Origin: the human T2T-CHM13v2.0 reference genome, Homo sapiens
Assembly: GCF_009914755.1 (NCBI RefSeq)
Contig: NC_060929.1
Strand: one strand, 5' to 3'
Length of the DNA stretch: 64,000 bases
Numbering within the stretch: position 1 is the first letter of the stretch; the number at the start of each line of letters is the position of its first letter. Both the position numbers and the translations under genes were made by a program. Shown piece after piece: positions 1 to 13,930 of the stretch. Below the pieces are notes generated by a model. The model was given only the letters and a program-made list of their open reading frames with translations, had not been told where the DNA came from and searched no databases.

Positions 1-649
1 AACTTCTTTTTAACGTACCTGGGTTCAGCTAGATAAAACCGCACAATATCATATCTTGAAGAAATGTTTTTATTTACATTTATTCGTCAAAATCTGAAGG
101 CATTCCTTCCAGAAGAAAGACTCTCTTAATATTATTTATTGCATATAATGAATTGTAAGAAGGACTTTAAATTGATTTTCTCAAATCTGACTAGCTTATA
201 AAGTGTTGTCAGATAATTATTAAATTCAACTGAAATAAAATAATTTATAATAATGCATGATGATTAAAATGTTGGTACATAAATATGAGACAGGGAAAAA
301 CAAAGGCTGGAAAAGACTGGACAAATTTGAAAACAACTTTTCAACTTGCCACCAAAATGGCAAAACCTAATTCTAGGTAAAGTGGTTGACTTTTTCAAGT
401 CAGATTAATAAATTAATGTAAACATCTATAAGGAATAAGCAACATCCAACAGTTTCATACTATTCAATTTCTTTTGCAAATGTTTCCTCTTTTTTTGCTA
501 ATTCTTAAAGATCAGGAAAAAAACTGTGTGTAACATAATTTCAATGTAGATTATTCCTTGGTAAAATTCAAAGTAAACCCTGTTTATTTGTTTTTATATA
601 AGGATCTTATAAATGATATCCAAATAGACATCAAATTTAGTGTCATAAT

Positions 650-1478
650 AAGTGGGCGAAGGATATGAGCAGACACAAAAGAAGGCATTTATGCAGCCAA
701 AAGACACATGAAAAAATGCTCATCATCACTGGCCATCAGAGAAATGCAAATCAAAACCACAGTGAGATACCATCTCACACGAGTTAGAATGGCGGTCATT
801 AAAAAGTCAGGAAACAACAGGTGCTGGAGAGGATGTGGAGAAATAGGAACACTTTTACACTGTTGGTGGGACTGTAAACTAGTTCAACCATTGTGGAAGT
901 CAGTGTGGCGATTCCTCAGGGATCTAGAACTAGAAATACCATTTGACCCAGCCATCCCATTACTGGGTATATACCCAAAGGATTATCAATCATGCTGCTA
1001 TAAAGACACATGCACACGTATGTTTATTGCGGCACTATTCACAATAGCAAAGACTTGGAACCAACGCAAATGTCCAACAATGATAGACTGGATTAAAAAA
1101 ATGTGGCACATATACACCATGGAATACTATGCAGCCATCAAAAATGATGAGTTCATGTCCTTTGTAGGGACATGGATGAAGCTGGAAACCATCATTCTCA
1201 GCAAACTATCACAAGGACAAAAAACCAAACACTGCATGTTCTCACTCATAGGTGGGAATTGAACAATGAGAACATTTGGACACAGGAAGGGAACATCACA
1301 CACCAGGGCCTGGGGAGGGGGGAGGGATAGCATTAGGACATATACCTAATGTAAATGACGAGTTAATGGGTGCAGCACACCAACATGGCACATGTATACA
1401 TATGTTACAAACCTGCACGTTGTGCACATGTACCCTAAAACTTAAAGTATAATACAAAATTTTAAAAAAAAGAAAAGA
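650..1478 (+). mobile_element. 5'-truncated LINE-1, primate L1PA (L1PA4-like): end of ORF2, 3' UTR, A-rich tail
   Basis: ORF 708-1262 is the L1 ORF2p C-terminus ([26 protein letters not shown]...SLIGGN); 3' UTR ends gtaccctaaaacttaaagtataat plus A-rich tail. Confidence 0.95.
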
Positions 1479-1956
1479 TATATTTGAAGTCTCTATATTT
1501 CAACAAAATAGACTCAAATTCAGTACCCATCATACAGCATATATTTCACAGTCACTATTATTCAATAGGTATGTATATGAATAGATACACATCTATCTTA
1601 TACAAAAACAGGTCAAAAAGCATTTAAAAATAAAAATAAAACTTAACCAAAACAGAAATAAATAAAAATAGACATGCCCTTAAAAAGCTTGAGAAACTTA
1701 ATTAAACTCTGGCAAACCATGGAAATGGAACTCAGGAATAGAACTCTATTAAGCAATTTTTCCTTATGTATAGATTATAGCTACTGTGTAGCTGAGCCTA
1801 TTTCTTAATGCACTGATACAAGAACTAGGTATCTTTTAGTTTAGAGGAGAAATGTTTAGTGTGCAGATTTCAAACTCTTTCAACATTCTGATCTCTGATC
1901 ATGTAGTACAATTGAGAAGTATGATGAAGAGGATGGCATATTTAGCTTGAAGTTAA

Positions 1957-2277
<321 letters not shown>

Positions 2278-4023
2278 TGAAAGCATACTTCTTTCTTCAT
2301 ATGGACCTCATCTGCCTCTCTTACCTGATGCTGTACTACCAGCACCGGGATCATATTTCATATGTATATATGTAAACAAATTAATAAATTTATCTGAAGA
2401 AACTCATGTGAAAAGTACTTGTTTCAACTTGGCAAACTCATTTTTTCCTAGAAAAAGGAAAGAAGAAAGAAGTGCTCGGTGTTCTTTCTGTTCAATTCTC
2501 AAGTTGAAAGGGGACACTACAGGAAAAGGGAAGCTGTTCCTCTGTTGGCAGGTATTCCCTATTTAATTGTGTCTCAACTCTGCCCAGGGTACTCAGTGGG
2601 GTAAAATCAGAAGCCCTTCCAGGGTAGGCAGGACTATAGAGCAGCACTCCCCACCCACTGCCCCAAGTTTTCTTCAGTCTTCAGCGTGGTTTCCAGCCTG
2701 AGGCTGAATCCTCCCATTATTTAACATATGCATATTCAACTCAAAATAATAAACGTGTACCATGAGGGACTGACTGCTAAATGTATCCCTGTGAAAAATC
2801 ACACTGACAATATTTGATGTTTACTGGGTATAAAAGCCATCTACGAAACATAAGAAGGATTTCTTGTGACTTGTATGCTATAGGAAGAGAACTAATAAAA
2901 GAGTCCCAAGCCTAAACCAGAATTATTCTGCTCAGTCTTTTTCTTCTAAATTCACTTGCTTCAACCACAACAAAAGCCAAGGACCACTTTGGCTCCCTTT
3001 TCTTACCCAAGTTTGCAGTCATAATAACCTTTTAAAAAAGGTTTTTAAAAAGAGTCCCTTAACCACAAAGTCCAATATCTCAGTCCACACCCTGGATATT
3101 CTTTGTCTCACAAACTTGGTCAAGGATGTTAAGGTAATAAGGTCCACTGCAAACATCCAAATATAAACAACTGCTTGTTGATTCTAAAATCCTGATGAGT
3201 GTTTTCATCTTGAGTGTTTAACAGCTTTCTGACATGGTAGGATATCCTATCTTTCTTCCTCTAGACAACAAACAGCTTTCTCATCCCTCTTTGCCTTCTC
3301 AGTCATTCAACACTTTAGCTAAAGGGAGGAGCACAAATTCTTTTCTGTATGTGGAGACTTAAAGACTACTAGGAAGCACACAACCATTTCACACCCTTCC
3401 TCTTTCATCATCACCAGCTCCTCTTTTTATTGTTTCTCCAACTTGCCTGTTGACAAAGACAGCTGCTAACAATTGCATTTGTGGTACTAGGATATGCAGT
3501 CTAATTGCATAGGCTTGTGGCCAGGGGTCTTGTCCAGTTAAGATTGATTTTCAAAAGGAGAGCTACAGAGACATTTCCTTAGATGTCTTCCCACTCACAA
3601 AGTTCAAGGGACATTCATACTATACTCTTAAATGGCTGCACTTGAAAATTGTTTTCATGTTTTGTTTTGTTTTTTTCCTTTCACCTTTATGTAACCCCTC
3701 CAAAAATCCTGGCATAGATGTTGAGTGAGGAGAGTACTGCTCATTAGAACCAACAGTTTTCTTTTGTTCAGTTGCCCTTGCTGGCTAACTACTAAACAAC
3801 GTAACCGCATTGGAAAGTCAGAGATATTTTTGCCTTTGAAACTGAAGCAAAATGGTGACACAAATTCTTTAGGTAGCAAATTTGCTGGCAAATTTATTAC
3901 AGACATAAAAACATATAACCAGTTGTTTTCTTTACAAGATACTTATTTATCAGATTCTGTACATTTCCCTTAACCCTTACAATTATCTTATCTATGAGAT
4001 CTTAACCCATACTGACAATCTCA

Positions 4024-4317
<294 letters not shown>

Positions 4318-4321
4318 GAGT

Positions 4322-4419
4322 GTCTTTTGCAGCAACGTGGATGGAACAGGAAGCTGTTATTTTAAGTGAAACAAGTCAGACACAAAAAGACAAATATGTA
4401 TTCTCACTGATAAGTGGAG
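4322..4419 (+). mobile_element. L1M (L1MA-like) fragment, end of ORF2
   Basis: tcttttgcagcaacgtggatggaacaggaagctgttattttaagtgaaacaagtcagacacaaaaagacaaata. Confidence 0.75.
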
Positions 4420-4422
4420 AGG

Positions 4423-4592
4423 ATACAAAATTATCTGGGTATGGCAGCGCACACCTGTAGTTGCAGCTACTGAGGAAGCTGAGTTGGGAGGATGTTTGAG
4501 CCCAGGAGTTTGAAGCTGCAGTGAGCCACGATTGCGCCATTACAATCCAGCCTAGGTGACAGAGTGAGACTCTGTCTCTGAATAAATAAATA
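4423..4592 (+). mobile_element. Alu right arm (AluJ/FRAM-like) with (AATA)n tail
   Basis: atacaaaattatctgggtatggcagcgcacacctgtag...gacagagtgagactctgtctc then aataaataaata. Confidence 0.88.
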
Positions 4593-4753
4593 GCCTAAGA
4601 AGAGGAAAACCTTATAAGAAAAATTATTTCAAGTGGATTCCAACCCAGAATAACTAGTTGACGTATTTGAAGAATTAATAATATAGATTGTGCTCTTACT
4701 GTTAGTAAATAGGTGCATTTCATTGATTCCTTTTGGTTTTACCAAGTACAGTC

Positions 4754-5056
<303 letters not shown>

Positions 5057-7759
5057 TAGTCTTTTCTATATTTGTAGAAGTAGATCTTTCTCATTGGCTG
5101 GCATAGATTGGTGATAGTTTCTTAACTTGGCATCACTATCTGCTATTTCATCAACACCTCCAACCTAAACTAGAACGCATATTCACATGAAAATTTAAAT
5201 GAAAAAAAATCACAAAAATGAGCATGTACCCAATATAAGAAACATTTGCTTTGAAATTGATGGCTTGGACCTTTTAAGTGGTTTTGGCAAAATTACCATC
5301 TGGTCTCCAACACAAAACAGCTGTTTTAGGTGGCAAAATCTTGTCAAGCTAAAGCTCCCAACCCTTAAGCACGGGTAATTGGCAAGACCTTGTTCCAGTT
5401 CATCTTTAGTCCCTACTGAATCTGGGCAAACAACTGTGAATTTGCGCTAAATTCCTCTTCCTATAATAGGCAGCCTGGCTTCCCATGGAGACACAGAGTT
5501 TTCAGAGCCTTAGTGTCCTCAGGGTATCTGCCAGTACAAAGCTGGTCTAGGATAAGCCACATTAATAGCAGTTTCCTCTTTTCATTCATAAGCTGTCCTT
5601 TTATATTTATGAGCTCATTCTTGTGAGTTAAATATTTTGGATGTATTTCTGCAACTTTAGTATTTACCCAATACTTACTCAAAAACAGTAAGTTGTCTAA
5701 TCCTTTAGTAGTTTTTCAACATTTTCAAAAGTATTGCATTTTCAAAAGAAAGTTAAAGGAGCATTATAAACAAGGTGCAAGGAGACAGTGGCAGTTGAGA
5801 CTTCGCTTTCTCAACATATGGCTTATGTTACAACTGAGCAAGCCCCCAGCTTTTATCTCTGGGAGCTGTGAAGTTGACTGCTTATAAGGTCTCAATGTCT
5901 AATTAATCCTTACTTAAAATTCACCTAAGTAAGTATAACAGGGATAGGAAGTTGGTTTCTGTTAGCAGTTCCACCTTTCACCCTACCAAACATCTGGGAA
6001 ATATTCAGTTTAAGATCAGATCCAAGCCTTTTGGCATTAACTACCTTAAAACATTAAGATATCACCAGCAATTTGCCTCTGTTTCAGAAAATTAAAAGCA
6101 TATTTGAGATATAAACATGAGTGTGTCACTAATATTACTGGCAATAATTGAGAGCTATTCTTTTATTATAATGAGGGGAAAACAGAGGATATTCTCAGAT
6201 GAAATAGGTAGAGTAAGTCCAAATGGTAACATTACTTTCCTAAAATAACTGTGTATGTAATGAATGCTGAAGGTAAAGCATATTAAATGCTAGTGTTTTC
6301 TTTCATGGCTATTGCACTATTTGTTAGGATAGAGAGCATACATAGCTTATGTAAGCAATATAAAGCCTCATCTGTCTCTTAGAAAAATGTCAAAATTACA
6401 ATTTAAACTGTTCAAAATATAAACTAAGAATTATCAACTTCATTGATCAGACGTCATTTTTTGTGAGATTATTGGCTGTTTGCTTAAAATTAAAAAAATG
6501 GACGTTTTCTTCAGACTTTGTCTCACAAACAGTAATTTGCATTCATATTCTTAATAATTAATGGTGAGATCATGGGGAAAAGACATCATAAGTAATGATT
6601 CCTGGTAAAATTATGATGGTTATGACTTCATTTATATACTAAAGCTAATGGTAAAAGGAGAGAGAGACAAATGAGAAGTGCTTTTCTGTGGTTTGAAGAC
6701 ATAGTTCTGAAAAATTTCTTTGGGAGCTAAATTTAAATTTCTGACAAGCCTCTTCCTTTTGTCCAGATACAAATTAAGCCAGACTAGATAGTGCTTAAAA
6801 TTTTTGTGCACTTATTTTAGGAGCTCCTTTTTTCTGGGGCCACTCCACCAAGACTTTGCTTATTACATTTTTCACTTTGGAGCTTTGCTTAACAATTCAG
6901 TCTCTTTCTTAGAAACTGTTTGTAAACATCTATCAGTATCCAAATTCTTACATCCATAAACTTCATGTGATTTTAGGCTTTATTAAATAATTCCATTGAT
7001 AATAAGAGAAAGAGGAAAAGGAAACTGGAAATGTGACTGTGCCTTTAATTGGAGATTGCAAAATTTTTCTCAAGCAATTTTCATGTTTGATTCAATGTTT
7101 TCTAAAAAAGCATTGACATTTAAAACATTCTTTAAAAGGTCATTTTAAAGACATGTGAGCAAGTTGTACTGAGGGTGTTGTATGTGCAATTAGGGTTCTT
7201 TCCTCTGTAAAGCCTTGCCAATTCCTTAGAAGAATGAGAATCCATCAGCTCAGTTTTCATCACCTTTTGTGTCTCTGAGTCTGACACAATGTTGTTGATC
7301 CCATTTTGCATGCAAAATACATGTGGGATTGAAAATTAAAAGCAGTTACCAGCCGGCTGTTAATAACACATAACCAAAGATCATCGAGAGCAGAAATCAT
7401 GCTAGCATCATGCTAAAAAGAATGTCTAACAGTGCCATGAATATTGTGGTTACTCAATACTTAGTGATTGGTTGATATTTAATGTGGACACTTTTGGGCT
7501 TGAGATGGAGACATGCAAGCTGTGTTCTGATGGCAGTGCAGCAGAATATAAATAACTTGAAGGGAAAAAAAAAACCTACCAATTCCTCCCTATCTCCCCA
7601 CCTCTTCAGAAACAACGAATACTATTAAACCCAATAGATGTGTAAAGCACAAGTATGAACCCCAGTTTTCCATTTAAATAATACAAAGAGGTGTTTAGCA
7701 TCGTGTTAAAGTCTCTCTCTCTCTCTTAATCTTTGGGTAGGGATTTTGTTGGTAGAAGT

Positions 7760-7905
7760 TCCAGCTTTGGATTGGCAAGTTGGAAGCTGTATGAATTTGA
7801 AACAGCCAGTTAATGTCTAGGAGTTTCCTTCCTCATCTGTAAAATAAGTTGGTTGCCCCAGTGAGTATCAAAGACTTTTCCAGCTTTATAATTCTATGAT
7901 CTATG
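7760..7905 (+). mobile_element. MIR/MIR3 fragment
   Basis: Core ttcctcatctgtaaaataag and tail ttccagctttataattctatgatctatga. Confidence 0.65.
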
Positions 7906-8139
7906 AACAAGAGCCAAAATCACAATTTAGGATTTGGCACCTGATTTTATACTATGCTAGTGCCATGGAACTGCTTATTTCATTAATCTCACATGTTGAA
8001 TTTCTCTATGTAACCTGGTTTGACTTTGTTGTTTTTTCCTTTAAAGGAACCAAGCATACTATCCATTTGGCAACTGAGAGTGGTTCTTAAAAGAGCTTTT
8101 AATTGGGAAATAAATGCAATGCCAGTGGTACATATGTCC

Positions 8140-8157
8140 TACTGCCCTCTAGTGGAT
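8140..8157 (-). promoter_or_regulatory. Candidate CTCF site
   Basis: Minus strand CCACTAGAGGGCAGTA matches the CTCF core CCASYAGRKGGCRS. Confidence 0.6.
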
Positions 8158-8200
8158 AAAACCATATCTTCCCTAGAGTAGTTAACAAGTTTGGTTAAAA

Positions 8201-8310
8201 TAGCGCTTCTCAAGCTATACACATCACCTGGGGTGACGCCTTAGCTTCTGCATTACAAACTCCCAGGTGATTTCAGTGCTGCTGGTCCTAGGACCACACT
8301 TTGAGTAGCA
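8201..8310. mobile_element. MER5-family hAT-Charlie MITE, internally deleted
   Basis: gcttctcaag...ctcccaggtgatttcagtgctgctggtcctaggaccacactttgagtagca. Confidence 0.7.
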
Positions 8311-8400
8311 TGAGTTTAAGTGATTTTCTTTGGTATATAATTACTTTAAGTAAGGAAGGAAACATATTTGGCACAGGATATGAAAGAAGTTTCTAGTTAG

Positions 8401-8505
8401 CAGAAGATGCAGAGGAAGAAAAAGAAACAGAAGGAGGGGAAGGAGGAGGAGGAGAGAAAAGGGCAAGAGAATGAGAAGGAGACGGGGAAGAATATGAAGA
8501 AGGAA
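8401..8505. repeat. GA-rich low-complexity tract
   Basis: agaggaagaaaaagaaacagaaggaggggaaggaggaggaggagag. Confidence 0.7.
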
Positions 8506-9069
8506 TTAAATCCACCAGATTGAAAGGGCTCATGTGGCAAAACTACATAGTTCTTGATCACTAGCAATCTCTAGAAAGTTTCTATATCTAGGCTTAATAG
8601 GACAGTATATGCATTAGGACTTACATTGTGTTCCTCTTATCTTTTATTATATTTTAGTAAATTTTAATTAAAAAGAAGTCCTGACCCCCCCCAAAAAAAT
8701 TACAACTTCTTGAATCAAAGTTAAGATTTTACAATTCTATAATTATGTAAACATACATATTAAAATCAGTCTAGAGAGAAAATACTCACTACTTTTGTGT
8801 ATTTTATTACAGAAGTAAGCTGTGTTGGTGGAACACTGAGTATATATAGCTAGATGCACTTAACTCTTGCATAGTGAGATTTCTTCCCAGACAGTAGAAT
8901 AGTCAAAGTTTAGCAACAAAAACCTGTATGTTCAAAGCACTGTTCTGAGTACTGAGAATATAGACCTAAGCAAGGAAGCCAACCCAGCAGTGGCATTTTG
9001 TCATGAGTTAATTCCAGAGAAGAAGAGAATAAACAACTATGTTAAAGTATAACAAAATTTATAGAAGAT

Positions 9070-9250
9070 TAATAGTCATCCCATTTATGGAGCATCACTA
9101 TGTCCTTGACCCTATGCTAAGCAAACATCGGCCATTATTTTGATGGCCCCATTATATTCTCCATTATATACATAAGGAAGCTGAAACTAAAAGAGGTTAA
9201 AGTCAAGGTCCAAACTCATGTATGACATCAAACCTTAACCACTGGATTGT
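9070..9250 (-). mobile_element. MIR fragment
   Basis: catttatggagcatcactatgt...ctccattatatacataaggaagctgaaactaaaagaggttaa. Confidence 0.6.
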
Positions 9251-10074
9251 GTTGCATTTCATTGATTTTCAAAATGTTAACTCCAGCTAATCAACAGATG
9301 AAGGGGAATCCTTCCCCTCTGTGTTCCATATTTTCAACAGCTGCCTCTTTAGTGCAATGGAAGGAGATAATGTGAGGCTGCCAGTTTGAGTAATAAATAA
9401 TGTGTGTTGGTGTCTCAGCATCTCTTCATTTTTATTCGATCTGTGAGGAGCGTGGCTGTAGGAAGAGGCAGCGGGAGGGAAAGCAGAACCTGAGACTTGT
9501 ATCTCTGTTTTAAGTTTGGTTCCCTACTCTACCCCTTCAGCGTAGCTTTCATCCTCTTCAGTAGATTAAATCTTCTGGCCCACACCCTCTTTATTTTCAG
9601 AAACAAATGGTCACGTGGGGCAAAAGGTGATTCTCTTTTGCTGCTACAACTAGGAGGGGCATCATTTCCTTATAATAATGGTAAATATTACTTCAAATTT
9701 ACCTTCCCAGTTTTCCACTTCCAGGCAAGCATCAGTTACTTGTCTTGAAACTTTGTTATGCCCCATTTTTTTATTTTGAATGAGGATATAGTGCCCTATC
9801 CTTATGTCCACAACCTTAGGCCTTGTATCCGTTCCTGTTTTGCCATATCATCTCTGTACTCCAGAGTAAGAATCCATTTTAAAATACTGCTTCTTCTCAT
9901 TCTTTCATAGAATATTCTAAGTTTGTTTCTGGAATAGTCTCAGGCATTGTCTACAAAGAAATCTTGAAATCCAAAACCAACATAAAGGCTCTCCCAGGTC
10001 ACTTAAAAAAAGAAATGTAAGCCACCTTCTTATCCCAACTACATAGGGGAATATGGTTACTTCCCACAGGGAAA

Positions 10075-10121
10075 TTTTTTTTTTATTATACTTTAAGTTC
10101 TAGGGCACATGTGCACAACGT
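10075..10121 (-). mobile_element. Extreme 3' tip of an L1PA element (about 45 bp)
   Basis: ttttttttttattatactttaagttctagggcacatgtgcacaacgt is the reverse complement of the L1PA terminus. Confidence 0.85.
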
Positions 10122-12189
10122 TAGAAGCTTACCAATGGAAATGTCTTTAGAGGTCATATTAAAGAATGTCAGTAATTTGGATTGGACACAATAAATGTCC
10201 TAATGGTTGAATGAATTACCTAGCTTAACACAACTGGTGGTTAAGCCAGCTGAAATTCAAACTCATGTTTTTTTCAATATCAGCCAAATGCTCTTTTCAC
10301 TAGCTCTAAAAAAATGATACTATTGCAGAGTAGTTACCACCTGATATGGTAATGCCTAGCGAAAGCTGGTGCCTGACATTGTTTAGTCAGCTGACAAATA
10401 AAGATACTTGCATAAACAAGCCCAGGAAAGGCTCAGTGGAAATTGATCATGAATGTTGGGAGGAAATCATGAGTAAGCATAAGATAAATCCGTGTATCAC
10501 AGAAGAACTTTTCCCTTTCTTTGTCTCCCTTAATCATTCTCACTTGAACATTTTCCCCTACTAATGTTAGGATTTTAAAAAGATATAATATTGTATTTGA
10601 TTTAATTTAATCTTTTCCAAGTACTTCCAGACTCAAAATTTAACTTCATCATGAAAGAGTGATAAATAACAGCAAGACAGGAACATATAAATCTGAATAG
10701 TCTTTTTCTAATCATCAGTTATAAATGAAATTTGGTTTTCAAACTAGGCTTACAGGTAGGAATATGTGGCTCATAACATAACAATAATCACTCATAACAA
10801 TGATCACTCACCAAGAGGCATTCATGCATCTTTTCTTAATGGTGAGAAGAAATGACCTACTCTCCCTTCCCTTCCCTCAAGCATGCCCAAGTAGACTGGA
10901 GATCTTCAGATTTTCCTTTTTGTATCAAGTTAAACTCTAGTGGCTGTATTTTCCATTCTATTTATAGCTAGTGTTCTACTTAGTATGTATCTTAGTATAA
11001 AACAAAAAACATACTTTCATATTAAGGGTACTAAACAAAAGTTCTCTTGGGAATTCTACTGGTAACAATCATTCAGATTTTATGTTCCCAATTCTATGTG
11101 ACAAATATAATGTTTGGCATGTTAAACATATTCATTGATTTACAACCTGAGTGTTATTAAGAAAGGCCAATTACATTCTATTTATTTAGGTTAAATTATT
11201 TTTTAGCACATGGAAGCTAATTATGGAAAACACATCCTTTGTACCAATTCATACAGGAGTCAAGCCATGATTAGAGTTGCCTGTCTAGCTTTAATATACC
11301 GCTTTCCACTTTATTGACTATACAGATTGGGAAAGTACATATTGAAAATGAAAGACAATCTGTAAACAAATGTTATAGAATATGCTACTTTACCTAGGCA
11401 TACCCATTTTAGTAACTCATATAAACATTCATATTATTGAATATTTAAAATATCAGAATATAATTGGTAAATATTAATAACAGTAATAACTTCAACAGAG
11501 GTCTAACAAATAGGACAATTCTATGGATTCAAATGTTTGACCAACTAGAAAGTAAAAGGGAAGAAAACTGAAATAAGATAACATAAAATATGTACCATTT
11601 GAATCACAAATTTGTAGATGAATAAGGTAGAATTGTTTTATCTTTATCATTGTATATTAATGAACTTGCATGTTTTTCATCATATTTTAAAACCAAATTT
11701 TCATCAGTATTTCATTAATGTTTTTGGAGAGCTGTGCTTTTTATAACTGCTAATTTTTAAGTTCTTTGTAAGTTTGATTCTCTTTCTTTTTTTCTAATTC
11801 ATTTTATCTCTTTAATGAGAGTTACTCAAAATATATAATTTTTGTCTGAAAATGATTTAAATAGTCTAAGAAATACTGGTGTTTTTCAAAATTTCTTTCA
11901 TGGTATTTAAATGCATAATTTTGTGCTAGTTTATATATTTTATTCTCGTCTTTTTGTGGTTTGATTTCATAATATTCAGAGATAATCAGTTTCAAATACT
12001 TACTGTGATCAAAATTACTGATTGTCAGATTCTATGTTTGTCTTCTTTGTTTTGTTGTAATCATATCACTTCATTTCCCCACACCCTCCTCCTCCGGGGA
12101 GAGGTGGAGAAGAACTGTCTCATGGAAAGATTTCTCTAATGAGTACCCTAAGTGACAGAAAGACCATATAGAGCAATGCTTATACATTT

Positions 12190-12380
12190 GGACTTTGGAA
12201 AGCTGGAGTTCAAATCCTGGGTCCACAAATTATTTAAGCTTGCTAAGCCCAGTTTTTTCATCTGTAATATGAAATAAAAATAGAATTTAGAACTGTGGTA
12301 AGAATTAAATGAGATGATGCCTTAAAAGTATATAGAAGAATGATAAAAGAATATGGTAAAATGACAGTTACTTTTATTAA
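12190..12380 (+). mobile_element. MIR fragment
   Basis: ctggagttcaaatcctgg...cagttttttcatctgtaatatg...gaattaaatgagatgatg. Confidence 0.7.
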
Positions 12381-12779
12381 TCTCCTTGTTTTGCATATTT
12401 CAGAAGTCAGCAACTTTTCATCTTAGTTACGTTCCATCTAAGGTGAAATCTAGATAGAGGAAGTGACATGGAAGACAAAGAGCGCTTACTAACCAATTTG
12501 GGGAAGTGGCAAGGCAGAATGGTAAACCTGAAAATAACCAAAGATGAGCCTCAAATTTTCTTAGATCCTATATTCCCTGACAGCTGACTCAAACTGAGAA
12601 AGAGGCTATCTTAAATAAGATAGAGTACCACTATTTCTGCCACTACTATTATAACAAATTTTAATCCCAAAAATAGGCTTTAACATCTAGTGGTTTCACC
12701 TGTGAATGTTATTACATTTTTTTTCTAAAATAGGTAAGCTTATGTTATATTAGTGATCCCAATTTATTTTGCAAAAAAG

Positions 12780-13930
<1,151 letters not shown>

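Noticed and set aside
708-1262. 184-aa ORF as a host gene
   Set aside because: It is the C-terminal piece of L1 ORF2p in a 5'-truncated element with no promoter.
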